A stretch of 64,000 nucleotides of DNA from Thermoprotei archaeon (GCA_003650925.1 QMSP01000006.1:18971-82970), one strand, 5' to 3'; counted from the first letter of the stretch, positions 10,006-20,030 are shown. The notes: generated by a model not told the origin, from the letters alone. Numbers and translations are program-made.

Positions 10006-10686
10006 GTGACTGCTACAATGGAAGGCTCACCACCTAAAGGCAGGGAAGAGTCATCTCAAGAAGAGCTACTAGTTCCTCTTGAAATGTACCTAGCAGCGGG
10101 AGTGAGGATAGGTACGCATATAAAGAACAATGTCATGGCTAAATTCATCTATAGTGTTAGGCCTGATGGACTATACATACTTGACGTGAGAAAAATTGAT
10201 GAGCGAATAAGGATAGCAGCTAAGTTCATTTCGAGATATGAGCCTTCAAGAGTTGTGGCCGTGTCAGCAAGGCCTTATGGACAACAGCCTGTACGAAAGT
10301 TCTGTGCCCTGACAGGAGCCATACCAGTAACAGGGAGATTCATACCTGGGACTTTTACTAATCCAAGCCTGCCTAATTTCCTTGAGCCCGACTTAGTGAT
10401 AGTGACTGACCCTAGAGCTGATTCTCAAGCAGTAGACGAAGCTGCTGAGATGGGAATTCCCACGATAGCCCTGTGTGATACGGATAACACATGTAGCTTC
10501 ATAGACCTCATAATTCCTGTCAATAACAAAGGACGCAAATCACTTGCTCTCACTTATTGGCTTCTCACTAGGCAAGTACTCCTAGAGAGAGGAATGATAA
10601 AGAGCGTGGATGAGTTCACAGTGCCTGTTGAGGAGTTTGAAGCAAAAGTAGTAACTAAGCCCTCTGCGTTAATGTCGAGAAAATAG
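10006..10686 (+). CDS. rps2: ribosomal protein S2
   Basis: [22 protein letters not shown]...[29 protein letters not shown] is the uS2 core. The exact start is uncertain. Confidence 0.9.
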   Translation: MTATMEGSPPKGREESSQEELLVPLEMYLAAGVRIGTHIKNNVMAKFIYSVRPDGLYILDVRKIDERIRIAAKFISRYEPSRVVAVSARPYGQQPVRKFCALTGAIPVTGRFIPGTFTNPSLPNFLEPDLVIVTDPRADSQAVDEAAEMGIPTIALCDTDNTCSFIDLIIPVNNKGRKSLALTYWLLTRQVLLERGMIKSVDEFTVPVEEFEAKVVTKPSALMSRK

Positions 10687-10729
10687 ATAAAAGCATCTAG
10701 TTAGAGGAAGACCTAGAGGTGACTAGTAG

Positions 10730-11590
10730 ATGCCAATCAGGATTAAGTCCAGGCCTCCAGCAGTGGCTGGAGCTTTTTATGAAGGCACTCCTGAGAGCTT
10801 GAGAAGACAGATCGAAGAATGCTTTCTACACCCTCTAGGTCCAGGAGCTTTACCTAAAGTGAATAGGGAGGGTCCAAGAAGAATAATAGGGCTGATATGT
10901 CCTCATGCTGGGTACATGTACTCAGGTCCAGTAGCTGCTCATGCCTATCATGCGCTCGCTAGCGATGGAGTCCCTGATGTAGTGGTAGTGCTAGGCCCTA
11001 ACCATTATGGAATAGGGTCGCCTCTTGCTATAATGAATCAAGGACACTGGGAAACTCCCCTAGGCGAAGTATCCATAGATGAGGACGTAGCCAACGCTAT
11101 AGTGGAGTATAGCGGAATAATTGAAGTCGATGATGTTGCTCATATGCGCGAGCACTCCATAGAGGTGCAGTTACCTTTCCTTCAGTATCTGTATGGAGAT
11201 TCGTTTAGATTTGTTCCCATAACTATGCTAATGCAGGATCTAGAATCTAGCAGAATAGTTGGAAGAGCTATAGCTAAGGCTATTGAGGACTTAAATGCTG
11301 TCATCATCGCTAGCACCGATTTCACTCACTATGAACCTCAGGAGAATGCAGAGAGAAAAGACCAAGAGGCCATAAAAAGGATCCTTGCCCTTGACCCTGA
11401 AGGCCTTGTCTCCGTTGTGAATAACCTTGCGATAAGCATGTGTGGCGTAGGGCCTGTTATAGCCATGCTGACAGCATGTAAGGAGCTTGGCGCTACTACA
11501 TGCGTATTATTAAAGTACGCTACTTCAGGTGATGTGACAGGAGATTACACCAGTGTCGTAGGCTATGGTGCTTTATCAGTACTCAAGTGA
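10730..11590 (+). CDS. Memo1-like protein (AmmeMemoRadiSam system protein B family)
   Basis: AGAFYEG...ICPHAGYMYSGPVAAHAY...GPNHYG is the Memo/UPF0103 signature. These genes are commonly linked to rps2 and the mevalonate-pathway genes in archaea. Confidence 0.82.
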   Translation: MPIRIKSRPPAVAGAFYEGTPESLRRQIEECFLHPLGPGALPKVNREGPRRIIGLICPHAGYMYSGPVAAHAYHALASDGVPDVVVVLGPNHYGIGSPLAIMNQGHWETPLGEVSIDEDVANAIVEYSGIIEVDDVAHMREHSIEVQLPFLQYLYGDSFRFVPITMLMQDLESSRIVGRAIAKAIEDLNAVIIASTDFTHYEPQENAERKDQEAIKRILALDPEGLVSVVNNLAISMCGVGPVIAMLTACKELGATTCVLLKYATSGDVTGDYTSVVGYGALSVLK

Positions 11591-12550
11591 AGTTCTAACG
11601 CCTTTCATGTCAAATTCTGCTCGATAAATAGCCTTTGCCAATTCCTTTATCGCCTGCACTATTTTCTCAGAGTCCTCTTTCCAACAAAGTACTATTACAG
11701 CCCCTCCGCCACCAGCACCCGTGAGCTTAGCTCCTAGAGCTCCTGCCTCTCTAGCTTTGTGCACTATTCTCTCTATGGCCATATTTGAAACACCTATGGC
11801 ATATAGCATTCCTTGGCATATGTTCATCAACTCGCCAACTCTCTCTATATTGCCCTCTCTTAAGCTATGAGCCATCTCTATGACTAGATGTCCTGCAGCA
11901 TGATAAAGAGGCATAAAGACCTCTGGATACCTGTCATATAACCTTAGAACTTTTTCAACTAAGGCTCCTGTACTTCTCTCAATGCCTGTATCAGCCACTA
12001 TTATCTCGCATTGTTCAAGCCCTTTAACTTCAAGGGGGAGAAAACCCTCGCCTCTTCTATAAGCTATGACTCCTCCATAGGTGGCTATGGTGTTATCTAT
12101 ACCGCTTGGACTCTTATGCACTATCTTCTCAGCTTCATATGCTATACTGGATATGTCCTCCTTGGAGAGTTTTAGCCCAAGGTACTCAGCATAGGCTGCA
12201 GTCAGTGCTACGGCCGTTGATGCTGAAGAGCCCAGACCTACTGCCACTGGAATCTCCGAGTCTATTACTATATATGCTGGCTTGAGCTCACTTAACTTCT
12301 TCAAGCATTCAATGACCTTTATGAACTGCTTCATCCTATTCACTTGCCCTTCTATTCTGCTTAGGTCTGCGCTAAGCCTTATCCTTATCCCTAGGTTCTT
12401 AGCGTCTATTTCTATCCATGGCTTATCATGCTCTTTAACGTAGACCTTGGCTTTCAATCCTATTGCCGCAGCTATGGCTGGCTCATTCTTAACTACGAAG
12501 TGTTCTCCAGCCAGTATTATCTTGCCAGGAGCCTCGCTCACTACTCTCAT
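11576..12550 (-). CDS. mvk: mevalonate kinase (GHMP kinase)
   Basis: PGKIILAGEHFVV at the N-terminus, the GHMP motif PVAVGLGSSAS, and a C-terminal KLTGAGGGG. Confidence 0.85.
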   Translation of the reverse strand: MRVVSEAPGKIILAGEHFVVKNEPAIAAAIGLKAKVYVKEHDKPWIEIDAKNLGIRIRLSADLSRIEGQVNRMKQFIKVIECLKKLSELKPAYIVIDSEIPVAVGLGSSASTAVALTAAYAEYLGLKLSKEDISSIAYEAEKIVHKSPSGIDNTIATYGGVIAYRRGEGFLPLEVKGLEQCEIIVADTGIERSTGALVEKVLRLYDRYPEVFMPLYHAAGHLVIEMAHSLREGNIERVGELMNICQGMLYAIGVSNMAIERIVHKAREAGALGAKLTGAGGGGAVIVLCWKEDSEKIVQAIKELAKAIYRAEFDMKGVRTSLEY

Positions 12551-12640
12551 ATCATCACTTCCCAGTAAGCATACCTCTACCTCTCTATCTCAAGAGGTAA
12601 GAATTTATCATATTTCCTCTTAGCTTAACATGGTGCTGTT

Positions 12641-13753
12641 ATGGGTCGCTCTAGAACTGTGTCTCAACGTAAATTTGATCATCTCTCCATATGCCTTAGG
12701 AGAAACGTGGAGAATAAGGGCACTGGCACGTGGTTCGATGAAGTTCAATTTGTCCACTACGCTGTACCAAACTTTGATTTAAATGACGTAGACATCACTG
12801 TCAACTTCTTAGGGAGAGACTTCAAAGCCCCCATCATAATAGCAGGTATGACAGGGGGTCATGAAACAGCAGCTAGGATAAATGCTGAACTTGCTAGAGT
12901 AGCTGAGGAGCTAGGCATCGGAATGGGTGTAGGTAGCCAAAGAGCTGCTATAGAGAACCCTCGGCTTGCCTATACGTATGCTATAGTACGTGAGACCGCT
13001 CCCAACGCCTTCATAATAGCCAATATAGGAGCTGCTCAGATAGCGAGAGGATATAGCATAGATGAAGTAAAGAGAATAATTAACATGGTCAAGGCAAATG
13101 CCCTTGCTGTACACTTCAATCCTGCACACGAGTGCTTACAACTGGAAGGAGAGCCATCGTTTAAAGGCTCACTAGATAAGTTAAGGGAGATAACCAGCAC
13201 CCTTGAGGTGCCAGTTATAGCCAAGGAAGTGGGATTTGGAATTTCGAAGGAAGCAGCTGAAGCGCTCGCTAAGGTTGGAGTAAGAGCTATTGACGTAGGA
13301 GGATCTGGAGGCACTAATTGGGCACTTGTGGAGTACTACAGAGCGAAGAAGAGTCGAAGCAAGATACATGAGAGATTATGCAAGCTTTTGATTGACTGGG
13401 GTATACCCACTGCCGTAAGCATATGTGAGGTAAGATCAGTTCTCCCGAAGATTCCCTTAATAGCCACGGGTGGTATCAGAACTGGGCTCGATATAGCCAA
13501 AGCTATAGCCCTTGGAGCTGATGTAGTCGGCATAGGTCTTCCACTATTAAGACTAGCGTATAAGGGAGGTAGCAATGCAGTCATAAGTGAACTTAGAGCT
13601 ATAATCCATGAGCTTAAGGTCGTGATGTTCCTCGTAGGAGCTCAAACGCTCTATGAGCTGAGAGAAGTGCCGCTCATCTTAGGACCTAGGCTCTCTAGAT
13701 GGTTGAAATTAAGAGGCATAGATCCAGAGGAGTTCAGCAGGTCTAGAGCCTAG
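12641..13753 (+). CDS. fni: isopentenyl-diphosphate delta-isomerase, type 2 (FMN-dependent)
   Basis: TIM-barrel IDI-2 motifs: [18 protein letters not shown] and VGGSGGTNW. Confidence 0.85.
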   Translation: MGRSRTVSQRKFDHLSICLRRNVENKGTGTWFDEVQFVHYAVPNFDLNDVDITVNFLGRDFKAPIIIAGMTGGHETAARINAELARVAEELGIGMGVGSQRAAIENPRLAYTYAIVRETAPNAFIIANIGAAQIARGYSIDEVKRIINMVKANALAVHFNPAHECLQLEGEPSFKGSLDKLREITSTLEVPVIAKEVGFGISKEAAEALAKVGVRAIDVGGSGGTNWALVEYYRAKKSRSKIHERLCKLLIDWGIPTAVSICEVRSVLPKIPLIATGGIRTGLDIAKAIALGADVVGIGLPLLRLAYKGGSNAVISELRAIIHELKVVMFLVGAQTLYELREVPLILGPRLSRWLKLRGIDPEEFSRSRA

Positions 13754-14151
13754 ACTCTGCGTCCTCTTCTCCCGCCCTTTCGCCTTATGCTATCATGAGG
13801 TATTGGAGTTACGTCTTCTATTCTTCCTATTATTAGCCCTGACCTCGCTAGAGCTCTTATAGCAGGCCCTGCTCCAGGGCCTGGGGTCTTGGACTTAACT
13901 CCTCCCGGAGCTCTTACCTTTATGTGTACAGCGTTTATTCCTTTAGCTAAGGCCTCCTGAGCTGCCTTCATGGCGGCTTGCATAGCTGCATAAGGTGAGG
14001 GCTTCTCCCTATCAGCCTTCACCACCATTCCTCCACTAGCTCTAGCTATAGTTTCTGCGCCTGTGAGGTCGGTTATTATGATTATTGTGTTGTTCTGGCT
14101 TGCATATATGTGAGCTATACCCCATCTAAGCTTTGGAGGATTTGTGCTCAT
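13750..14151 (-). CDS. rps11: ribosomal protein S11
   Basis: [23 protein letters not shown]...RAPGG...PGPGAG is the uS11 signature. Confidence 0.9.
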   Translation of the reverse strand: MSTNPPKLRWGIAHIYASQNNTIIIITDLTGAETIARASGGMVVKADREKPSPYAAMQAAMKAAQEALAKGINAVHIKVRAPGGVKSKTPGPGAGPAIRALARSGLIIGRIEDVTPIPHDSIRRKGGRRGRRV

Positions 14152-14155
14152 CTAT

Positions 14156-14671
14156 TCAACCCCCCACTATCTGCTTAGCTTTCTCCTTGATAGGAGAAGT
14201 AGGAGCATAGTCCACAAGAGGCTCCTCCTCTCTTGAAACTAAATACCCTGGGCTAGTAACCCTTCTCTCTCCAATAGCTATATGCCCATGGACTATAAAC
14301 TGTCTAGCTTGATATATTGTTCTCGCCAGTCCCTTCTTGTACACTATGGTCTGCAGTCTTCTCTCTAGAATATCCTCGACAGTAAGATTCAGAATGTCGT
14401 CAACTGTTCCTTCAGGATTATTAAGAATGCCCATCCTGTACAGTCTGTGAACAAGCGCCTTCTCTCTCCTCCTTCTCTCCTCCTCTGGGAGAGCTAGCAG
14501 AACCCTAGCTTTTCTTCTTATCTCACTGAGCATGGTCTTGGCAATCCAGAGTTCTCTTTTGTTTCTAAGTCCGTATTTGCCCATGAGTTCAAGCTCCTGC
14601 TCAAGCACATCCTTTCTCCATGGATGCCTAGGTCCTCTCCACTTCTTCCTAGGCTTTTTTGGATCTCCCAT
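14156..14671 (-). CDS. rps4: ribosomal protein S4
   Basis: [14 protein letters not shown]...[10 protein letters not shown] matches the uS4 N-terminus and S4 domain. Confidence 0.9.
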   Translation of the reverse strand: MGDPKKPRKKWRGPRHPWRKDVLEQELELMGKYGLRNKRELWIAKTMLSEIRRKARVLLALPEEERRRREKALVHRLYRMGILNNPEGTVDDILNLTVEDILERRLQTIVYKKGLARTIYQARQFIVHGHIAIGERRVTSPGYLVSREEEPLVDYAPTSPIKEKAKQIVGG

Positions 14672-14689
14672 TCACACACCCCTCCTAGT

Positions 14690-15139
14690 CTACTTCTTCG
14701 GCTTCTTTGTAACGCCTATAGTGACACCAGTCCTGCCTGTCGTCCTTGTTCTCTGACCTCTCACCTTAAGCCCTAGTGAGTGCCTTATTCCTCTCCAACA
14801 TTTTATCTTCTTCAGAAGTTCAACATCCGCTCTGACTGCAAGCACAAGATCTGAACCTACAAGATGCACATCTTTCCCTGTCCTAGGATCTTTAGGCCTA
14901 TTACAGAACCATCCTGGAACATATTCGTGAAGTTTTCTTATAACCTCCTCAACCTTCCTTAGCTCCGCATCACTAAGCTCTCCTAGCCTTCTTCTGGTAT
15001 CAATGCCTACTATTCTGCACACTGCCACTGCGGTATTCCATCCTATTCCGCATATCCTAGCGAGAGCTTCAACTACATTTCTAGTACCATCTAGGTCTGT
15101 TTCAGCTAGCCTCACTACATACTTGAACTCTTCTGACAT
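14690..15139 (-). CDS. rps13: ribosomal protein S13
   Basis: VRLAETDLDGTRNVVEALARICGIG...WRGIRHSLGLKVRGQRTRTTGR is uS13. Confidence 0.9.
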   Translation of the reverse strand: MSEEFKYVVRLAETDLDGTRNVVEALARICGIGWNTAVAVCRIVGIDTRRRLGELSDAELRKVEEVIRKLHEYVPGWFCNRPKDPRTGKDVHLVGSDLVLAVRADVELLKKIKCWRGIRHSLGLKVRGQRTRTTGRTGVTIGVTKKPKK

Positions 15140-15219
15140 GGAATCACCTCAATCTTAGCATGTGTACCTCTTAGCTCCTTAGTAGAGAAGGCTAAATTAA
15201 TCTTTTTCCCTTTGATGAA

Positions 15220-16000
15220 CTATGACTTATGATGTTTCTTCTTCCATAGCGGAGGATACGTCCCTCTCTTCATTATCACTCTAATAGGCTTAACTGCTAG
15301 CCCCTTCTCTTCCCTATACATCTCCTCACTCGTCATAAGAGCTCTTCCTAGAGCCACTAGTTCACCCTTCTGAGTCATGACTGCAACAAGGCTTCCTCTT
15401 TTTATCCCAGTCTCTATCTTCAATATGCCTGGTACAGCTAGTACTGCGCCATGACAGATAGCATCCACAGCAGAGTCCCTTATGAACACCTTGGGTAGAT
15501 GCTCTACAGCTTTCTCAACTGGCTGTATCACTCTTCGAATCCACCTCTCATCCTCATCCTCTTTCCAAAAACTGTAGGCATCAACTAGGTCATGTAAAGT
15601 AGACAGCGTCTCGTCCTCCTTGAATGGTCCTACTCTAGTCCTTCTTAACTCCTTCATGTGAGCTCCTACGCCTAGTACTTCACCAATATCGTGGCATAGC
15701 TTCCTTATGTAAGTTCCAGCCTCACATCCAACTCTCATTAGAACGTTCCTTCCTTCAACTTCAAGTACGTCAATATAATAGACCTTCTTTATTCTCACTA
15801 CTCTTTTGACAGAGGATCTTAATGGTGGCCTTTGATAGATAAGGCCCACGAATTGACTACATACCTCCTTTATTCTCTCCTCGGGTACGTCTCCATGAAG
15901 TCTCATGATACATACGTATTCTTTCCCTGCTTCCAATAATGCTCTTACTACTCTAGTGCCCCTTCCTAATGTGATAGGGAGTATGCCTGAGACCTTGGGA
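15220..16000 (-). CDS. cbf5: Cbf5 / tRNA pseudouridine synthase B-like, exon 2 (catalytic core and PUA domain)
   Basis: The frame is open upstream of the annotated TTG and reads (D)PKVSGILPITLGRGTRVVRALLEAGKEYVCIMRLHGD... It then continues through the TruB core and a C-terminal PUA domain, ending ...KRGTYPPLWKKKHHKS. Confidence 0.75.
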
Positions 16001-16022
16001 TGTCCCCGCCCCTTAATGAGGC
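16001..16022 (-). other. putative 22-nt pre-mRNA intron in cbf5
   Basis: Removing the 22 nt of minus-strand RNA GCCUCAUUAAGGGGCGGGGACA joins ...CUA GA to U CCC AAG GUC, which reads L D P K V in a single frame. The equivalent removal shifted 1 nt left (16002-16023) gives the same protein. The unspliced reading frames differ by +1. Confidence 0.6.
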
Positions 16023-16255
16023 TCTAGGGTCCCTCCATGCCCTGCTCTCTCTATGCCCAATATCCTCTTCACCCAGGCTACTACTTCATGACTAGTCGGT
16101 CCTGGAGGTTTGTCAAGGTTTATCACACCATATTCTAGGAGCTGTTCAATGGTTCGCTTTTCAGGAGGACATCCATATCTCGGGTCGGTAGGCTCCTCAT
16201 CCTTGATCAAGACTTCCCTCTTAATAGTCCATGGAGGTGTGAGGCTTGTGCTCAT
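16023..16255 (-). CDS. cbf5: Cbf5 / tRNA pseudouridine synthase B-like, exon 1
   Basis: Encodes [30 protein letters not shown] and then, read unspliced, EPH followed by a stop at 16013-16015. Together with exon 2 it restores GHGGTLDPKVSG. Confidence 0.75.
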
Positions 16256-16264
16256 GGATCACAC

Positions 16265-16549
16265 CTAGAATTTGGGCTTTAATTTCTCCCTCATCATGTC
16301 TATGAGCCCTGCCTCCTCTAATGCCTTCTTAACCTCTTCATCGCTGGCCCCTCGACGTATGTTTATCTTTACTGGTGTAGGCTCTAGATGTTTCACATTA
16401 GCCCTTCGTCTTTTAACGCCCGATATATCCTTTGGGCCTGTTACAAGGACGAACTTATCATCTATTATATCAACGACGACACACTTCCTTCCAGCTTCTC
16501 TTCCCATAGTTTTTACACATATCCTTCCTATATCAAAGACAGCTGGCAT
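16265..16549 (-). CDS. rpl14e: ribosomal protein L14e
   Basis: [32 protein letters not shown]...[15 protein letters not shown] is L14e (KOW-like). Confidence 0.85.
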   Translation of the reverse strand: MPAVFDIGRICVKTMGREAGRKCVVVDIIDDKFVLVTGPKDISGVKRRRANVKHLEPTPVKINIRRGASDEEVKKALEEAGLIDMMREKLKPKF

Positions 16550-16630
16550 AGTTATCCCCCTAAGCTCCTTGTGAGAGGTTAAATTAAGCTTTCTGATAAT
16601 TGACGCCTAGCCCTTATGTATCGAAAATAT

Positions 16631-17182
16631 TTACATCTTCCTCTGGCTCTCGATGTATTCTTCCACTATGGTCTTTACAATTCTTTTGACTGATTCAACG
16701 CTGAACTTTGATGTATCTATGATCACGTCAAAGGCGCTTAAGTCCCTTATATCAATGCCATAGAACTCTAAGTACCTTTTTCTATTGCTTTCCTCCCTTC
16801 GCAGAATTTCTCTCATTGACTCTTCAATGCTTTTCCCATCTCTTATAGCCAACCTCTTTGCTCTCTCCTCGAGAGGAGCTGTCAAATATATCTTTAAGTC
16901 AGCATGATCTCTAGCAATCCAGCCTGTAAGATGACCATCTAGAACTACATCGCCCTTCTTTGCCTCTTCAATAGTTCTTTGATCAACCATGAGGTCATAT
17001 TTCTTGTCCTTCTCTGCTAATCTGTGAAATTCCTCAAGGCTTATATTCAGCTCTTGTGCCAATCTTCTGAATAAATTCCCTGCAGATACGTATCTTAGTC
17101 CGAACTCCTTTGCGAGAAACCTGGCTATGGTACTCTTGCCAGAGGCGGGTGGTCCGCTTACAGCTATAACCAGCTTCTTCAT
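16631..17182 (-). CDS. cmk: cytidylate kinase (archaeal type)
   Basis: P-loop IAVSGPPASGKST followed by an NMP-kinase fold; it sits in the conserved L34e-cmk-L14e context. Confidence 0.85.
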   Translation of the reverse strand: MKKLVIAVSGPPASGKSTIARFLAKEFGLRYVSAGNLFRRLAQELNISLEEFHRLAEKDKKYDLMVDQRTIEEAKKGDVVLDGHLTGWIARDHADLKIYLTAPLEERAKRLAIRDGKSIEESMREILRREESNRKRYLEFYGIDIRDLSAFDVIIDTSKFSVESVKRIVKTIVEEYIESQRKM

Positions 17183-17472
17183 GCTAGTACACCTGATATT
17201 ATTCTCACTGCTCTCTTTATTGCATCTCTAAGGCACTTTGGACATACACACCCAGCATATGGCCTTCCTGGAGTTCTAAATCCCTCTCTAGCCGCTTTTC
17301 TGTCCATTCTTGGCATGTTGAGTGGTTGCTTACATATAGCACATCTTGGCGGATTTACTTTTCGCCTCTCATAGTGCACTGTAGTTCTTCCTCCTGGAGT
17401 TCTCAAGTATATTCTTCTCCAGCTCCTCGACCTGTGAGTAGGCCTTGGCAAGGTATCTCCTCCCCAGTGCAC
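17179..17472 (-). CDS. rpl34e: ribosomal protein L34e
   Basis: RSRSWRRIYLRTPGGRTTVHY...CAICKQPL...CPKC is the L34e Zn-ribbon. The true start is probably internal (MPRPTH...). Confidence 0.8.
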   Translation of the reverse strand: MHWGGDTLPRPTHRSRSWRRIYLRTPGGRTTVHYERRKVNPPRCAICKQPLNMPRMDRKAAREGFRTPGRPYAGCVCPKCLRDAIKRAVRIISGVLA

Positions 17473-17488
17473 TTTAGGCTTCTCTCTT

Positions 17489-17998
17489 CTAAGTTTTTCT
17501 CCTCTTTCCTCTCTGAGCAGGCTTAAGAAATCTCTGGAAGATAAAGGACATCGAAAATATCGCTATGATATACCATGTGTTGAAATCAAGCCATATGTTG
17601 AGTAGAGGAAAGAATGCTACTTTACTCGTACCCACTACATCTTTGAATATCGACCAAAGAGCTATGACAGGCACGAACATTATAGCGAAGACTTTGAAGT
17701 TCTCCCTCATGATCTCATAGCGAAGCTTCTCTATGTAGGGCTTTCTCCTCATGAGCTTGTCTATGGCCTTCTTATCCGCTCTTTTTAAAGCCCTCAGGTA
17801 CTCGGCATCCCATTTGGCCACTTCCTGCTGATATCTGGCCAATTTAGCCCTGTCCACTGCCTTATGTCCTACAAGGATACTTAAAGCCTCTATTAATAAG
17901 CACAACAGGATTACTGTTATCGTAGTAAGAGGCCATACAGTCATGGGCCCTAGGAGTGCTCTAAGCGCTTTTATGATCATGCCATAGAGGTCAAACAT
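17489..17998 (-). CDS. DUF106/EMC3-Ylp1-like membrane protein (archaeal Oxa1-superfamily insertase candidate)
   Basis: Three TM segments plus a central coiled coil (RAKLARYQQEVAKWDAEYLRALKRADKKAI). It is conserved beside cmk/L34e in archaea. Confidence 0.65.
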   Translation of the reverse strand: MFDLYGMIIKALRALLGPMTVWPLTTITVILLCLLIEALSILVGHKAVDRAKLARYQQEVAKWDAEYLRALKRADKKAIDKLMRRKPYIEKLRYEIMRENFKVFAIMFVPVIALWSIFKDVVGTSKVAFFPLLNIWLDFNTWYIIAIFSMSFIFQRFLKPAQRGKRRKT

Positions 17999-18090
17999 GA
18001 TTCATGTCCTCCTCTATACTCTTTGTTAACTTCTACCTATTAACTTCCTCGCGGCTTAGGCATGTGTGCTGTATGGTTGTGAATAGAGTT

Positions 18091-18102
18091 AAAGTTTAAA
18101 TA
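18091..18102 (+). promoter_or_regulatory. BRE/TATA-like element AAAGTTTAAATA upstream of EF-1alpha
   Basis: AAAG (BRE-like) followed by TTTAAATA, 49 nt upstream of the tuf ATG. The identical 12-mer recurs upstream of rps10. Confidence 0.5.
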
Positions 18103-18150
18103 TTATATTTCTAATTGGTGTTTCAGACCATAGGCGTGTGGGTGTATAGT

Positions 18151-19446
18151 ATGACCACCAAGCCCCACCTCAACCTCGTAATAATAGGACATGTAGACCA
18201 TGGTAAATCAACCCTAGTAGGCCATCTGCTGTATTTGACAGGGCAATACGATGAAAAGAAGCTCAAGGAAATAGAGCAATTAGCCTCAAAGATGGGAAAA
18301 GAGGACATGAAGTGGGCATGGATACTTGATAAGCTAAAGGAAGAGCGAGAACGTGGAGTAACAATAGACTTAGCATTCATGAAGTTTGAGACCAAAAGGT
18401 ACTTCTTCACTATCATAGATGCTCCAGGACATCGAGACTTCGTCAAGAACATGGTTACTGGTGCGTCACAAGCCGACTGTGCTATACTAGTGGTATCCGC
18501 TAAGGAAGGAGAGTTTGAAGCTGGGATGAGTCCTCTTGGTCAGACTAGGGAGCATCTCTTCCTTGCAAAGACCATGGGCATAGACCAAGTAGTAGTGGCC
18601 ATTAACAAAATGGATACAGTCAACTGGAGCAAGGAGAGGTATGAACAGATAAGAGAGCAGCTAGCTAGGTTCATGAGAGGCCTTGGATATAAAGTTACTG
18701 AGATTCACTTCGTACCTGTATCAGCATGGACTGGAGATAATCTTGTATCCAAGAGTGACAAAATGCCATGGTATGATGGGCCCACACTACTTGAGGCCTT
18801 GGACTCCTTCAGGGAGCCACCCAGACCAATTGACAAGCCTCTGAGGATACCTATCCAGGACGTGTACTCGATAACAGGCGTTGGCACAGTGCCTGTAGGA
18901 AGAGTTGAAACAGGTGTTCTGAAGGTAGGCGATAGAGTAGTCTTCATGCCAGCTAATAAGTCAGGCGAAGTTAGGTCGATTGAAACTCACCATGTAAGGA
19001 TAAATGAGGCTAAGCCAGGAGATAATATAGGCTTTAACGTCAAAGGCATAGCTAGGCATGAGATAAGAAGAGGCGATGTAGCAGGTCATCCAACAAATCC
19101 CCCCACAGTAGCAGAGGAGTTCGTAGGCAGAATACTAGTGCTGTACCATCCCACATCAATATTCGAAGGATATACCCCTGTACTCCACATACACACAGCC
19201 ACTGTACCATGTAAATTCGCTGAGCTCCTTAAGAAACTTGATAGGCGAACAGGCGTACCTATAGAGGATCATCCAAAGTACCTAAGGACAGGAGATGCTG
19301 CAGTAGTACGCTTTAAGCCATTGAAGCCAGTAGTGGTTGAGAAGTACTCTGACTTTCCACCACTCGGCAGGTTTGCAATAAGAGATTCTGGGAGAACTAT
19401 AGCTGCCGGCGTAGTAATTGATGTAAAGCCAGCTGAGCTTAAGTAG
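18151..19446 (+). CDS. tuf: translation elongation factor 1-alpha (EF-Tu family)
   Basis: G-domain motifs GHVDHGKST, DAPGH and NKMD; the sequence is full length. I take the ATG at 18151; the track lists an upstream alternative start at 18115. Confidence 0.95.
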   Translation: MTTKPHLNLVIIGHVDHGKSTLVGHLLYLTGQYDEKKLKEIEQLASKMGKEDMKWAWILDKLKEERERGVTIDLAFMKFETKRYFFTIIDAPGHRDFVKNMVTGASQADCAILVVSAKEGEFEAGMSPLGQTREHLFLAKTMGIDQVVVAINKMDTVNWSKERYEQIREQLARFMRGLGYKVTEIHFVPVSAWTGDNLVSKSDKMPWYDGPTLLEALDSFREPPRPIDKPLRIPIQDVYSITGVGTVPVGRVETGVLKVGDRVVFMPANKSGEVRSIETHHVRINEAKPGDNIGFNVKGIARHEIRRGDVAGHPTNPPTVAEEFVGRILVLYHPTSIFEGYTPVLHIHTATVPCKFAELLKKLDRRTGVPIEDHPKYLRTGDAAVVRFKPLKPVVVEKYSDFPPLGRFAIRDSGRTIAAGVVIDVKPAELK

Positions 19447-19478
19447 GAAAGATATCTTTAATCTTTTAATTCTCACTT

Positions 19479-19490
19479 AAAGTTTAAATA
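19479..19490 (+). promoter_or_regulatory. BRE/TATA-like element AAAGTTTAAATA upstream of rps10
   Basis: The same 12-mer as at 18091, located 37 nt upstream of the rps10 ATG. Confidence 0.5.
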
Positions 19491-19526
19491 ATTCCACTTC
19501 TATATCACCTAGCCTGGGGATTCTAA

Positions 19527-19835
19527 ATGGTCCGTAAGGCTAGGATTAAGCTCGTCAGTACCGATTACCGTAAGCTCAATGAAGTCTGTGAAGAAATAAA
19601 GAGAATAGCCCAGAAAACTGGAGTTCGTATGTCAGGCCCCATCCCTCTACCTACTAAGAGGCTTGTAGTGGTTACAAGAAAGGCTCCATCTGGAGAGGGC
19701 ACTCATACTTTTGACCACTGGGAAATGAGGCTTCACAAAAGGCTTATTGAAATGGACGCTGATGAAAGGGCTATGCGCCAGCTTATGAGAATTAGAGTTC
19801 CTGAGGAAGTTCATATAGAGATAGAGCTCATATGA
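19527..19835 (+). CDS. rps10: ribosomal protein S10
   Basis: [40 protein letters not shown] is uS10. Confidence 0.93.
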   Translation: MVRKARIKLVSTDYRKLNEVCEEIKRIAQKTGVRMSGPIPLPTKRLVVVTRKAPSGEGTHTFDHWEMRLHKRLIEMDADERAMRQLMRIRVPEEVHIEIELI

Positions 19836-19941
19836 AATAGGCTGGAAAAGCTAATAAATTGCTATGAGAATTCTCTAAACCGCTGAGGGCAACCGATGAG
19901 GAGTTTGCCGAGTGATGAGTGGTGATTGAACCCCTCTCTCA

Positions 19942-20030
19942 TGCCGGGGTGGCCGAGCGGACCAAGGCGCCGGCCTTGAGAGCCGGTGCCCCTTTGGGGG
20001 CGCGCGGGTTCGAATCCCGCCCCCGGCGCC
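19942..20030 (+). tRNA. tRNA-Ser (anticodon UGA), class II, with encoded CCA
   Basis: Acceptor stem GCCGGGG pairs with CCCCGGC. The anticodon stem is CCGGC/GCCGG with loop CUUGAGA, giving anticodon UGA. The long variable arm is GCCCC-UUU-GGGGC. The T arm is GCGGG-UUCGAAU-CCCGC. The discriminator is G, which is the Ser identity element. No intron is present. Confidence 0.85.

Noticed and set aside
15937-16015. cbf5 as a frameshifted pseudogene
   Set aside because: A single 22-nt deletion restores the exact conserved active-site peptide GTLDPKVSG. That is unlikely for random decay, and cbf5 introns are known in related archaea.
19836-19941. C/D-box-like heptamers (GATGAGGA, GTGATGA, CTGA) in the 5' leader of tRNA-Ser
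   Set aside because: The boxes do not fall into the C-12-D'-x-C'-12-D spacing, and no CUGA D box follows the GUGAUGA. They are most likely chance motifs in the tRNA promoter/leader.
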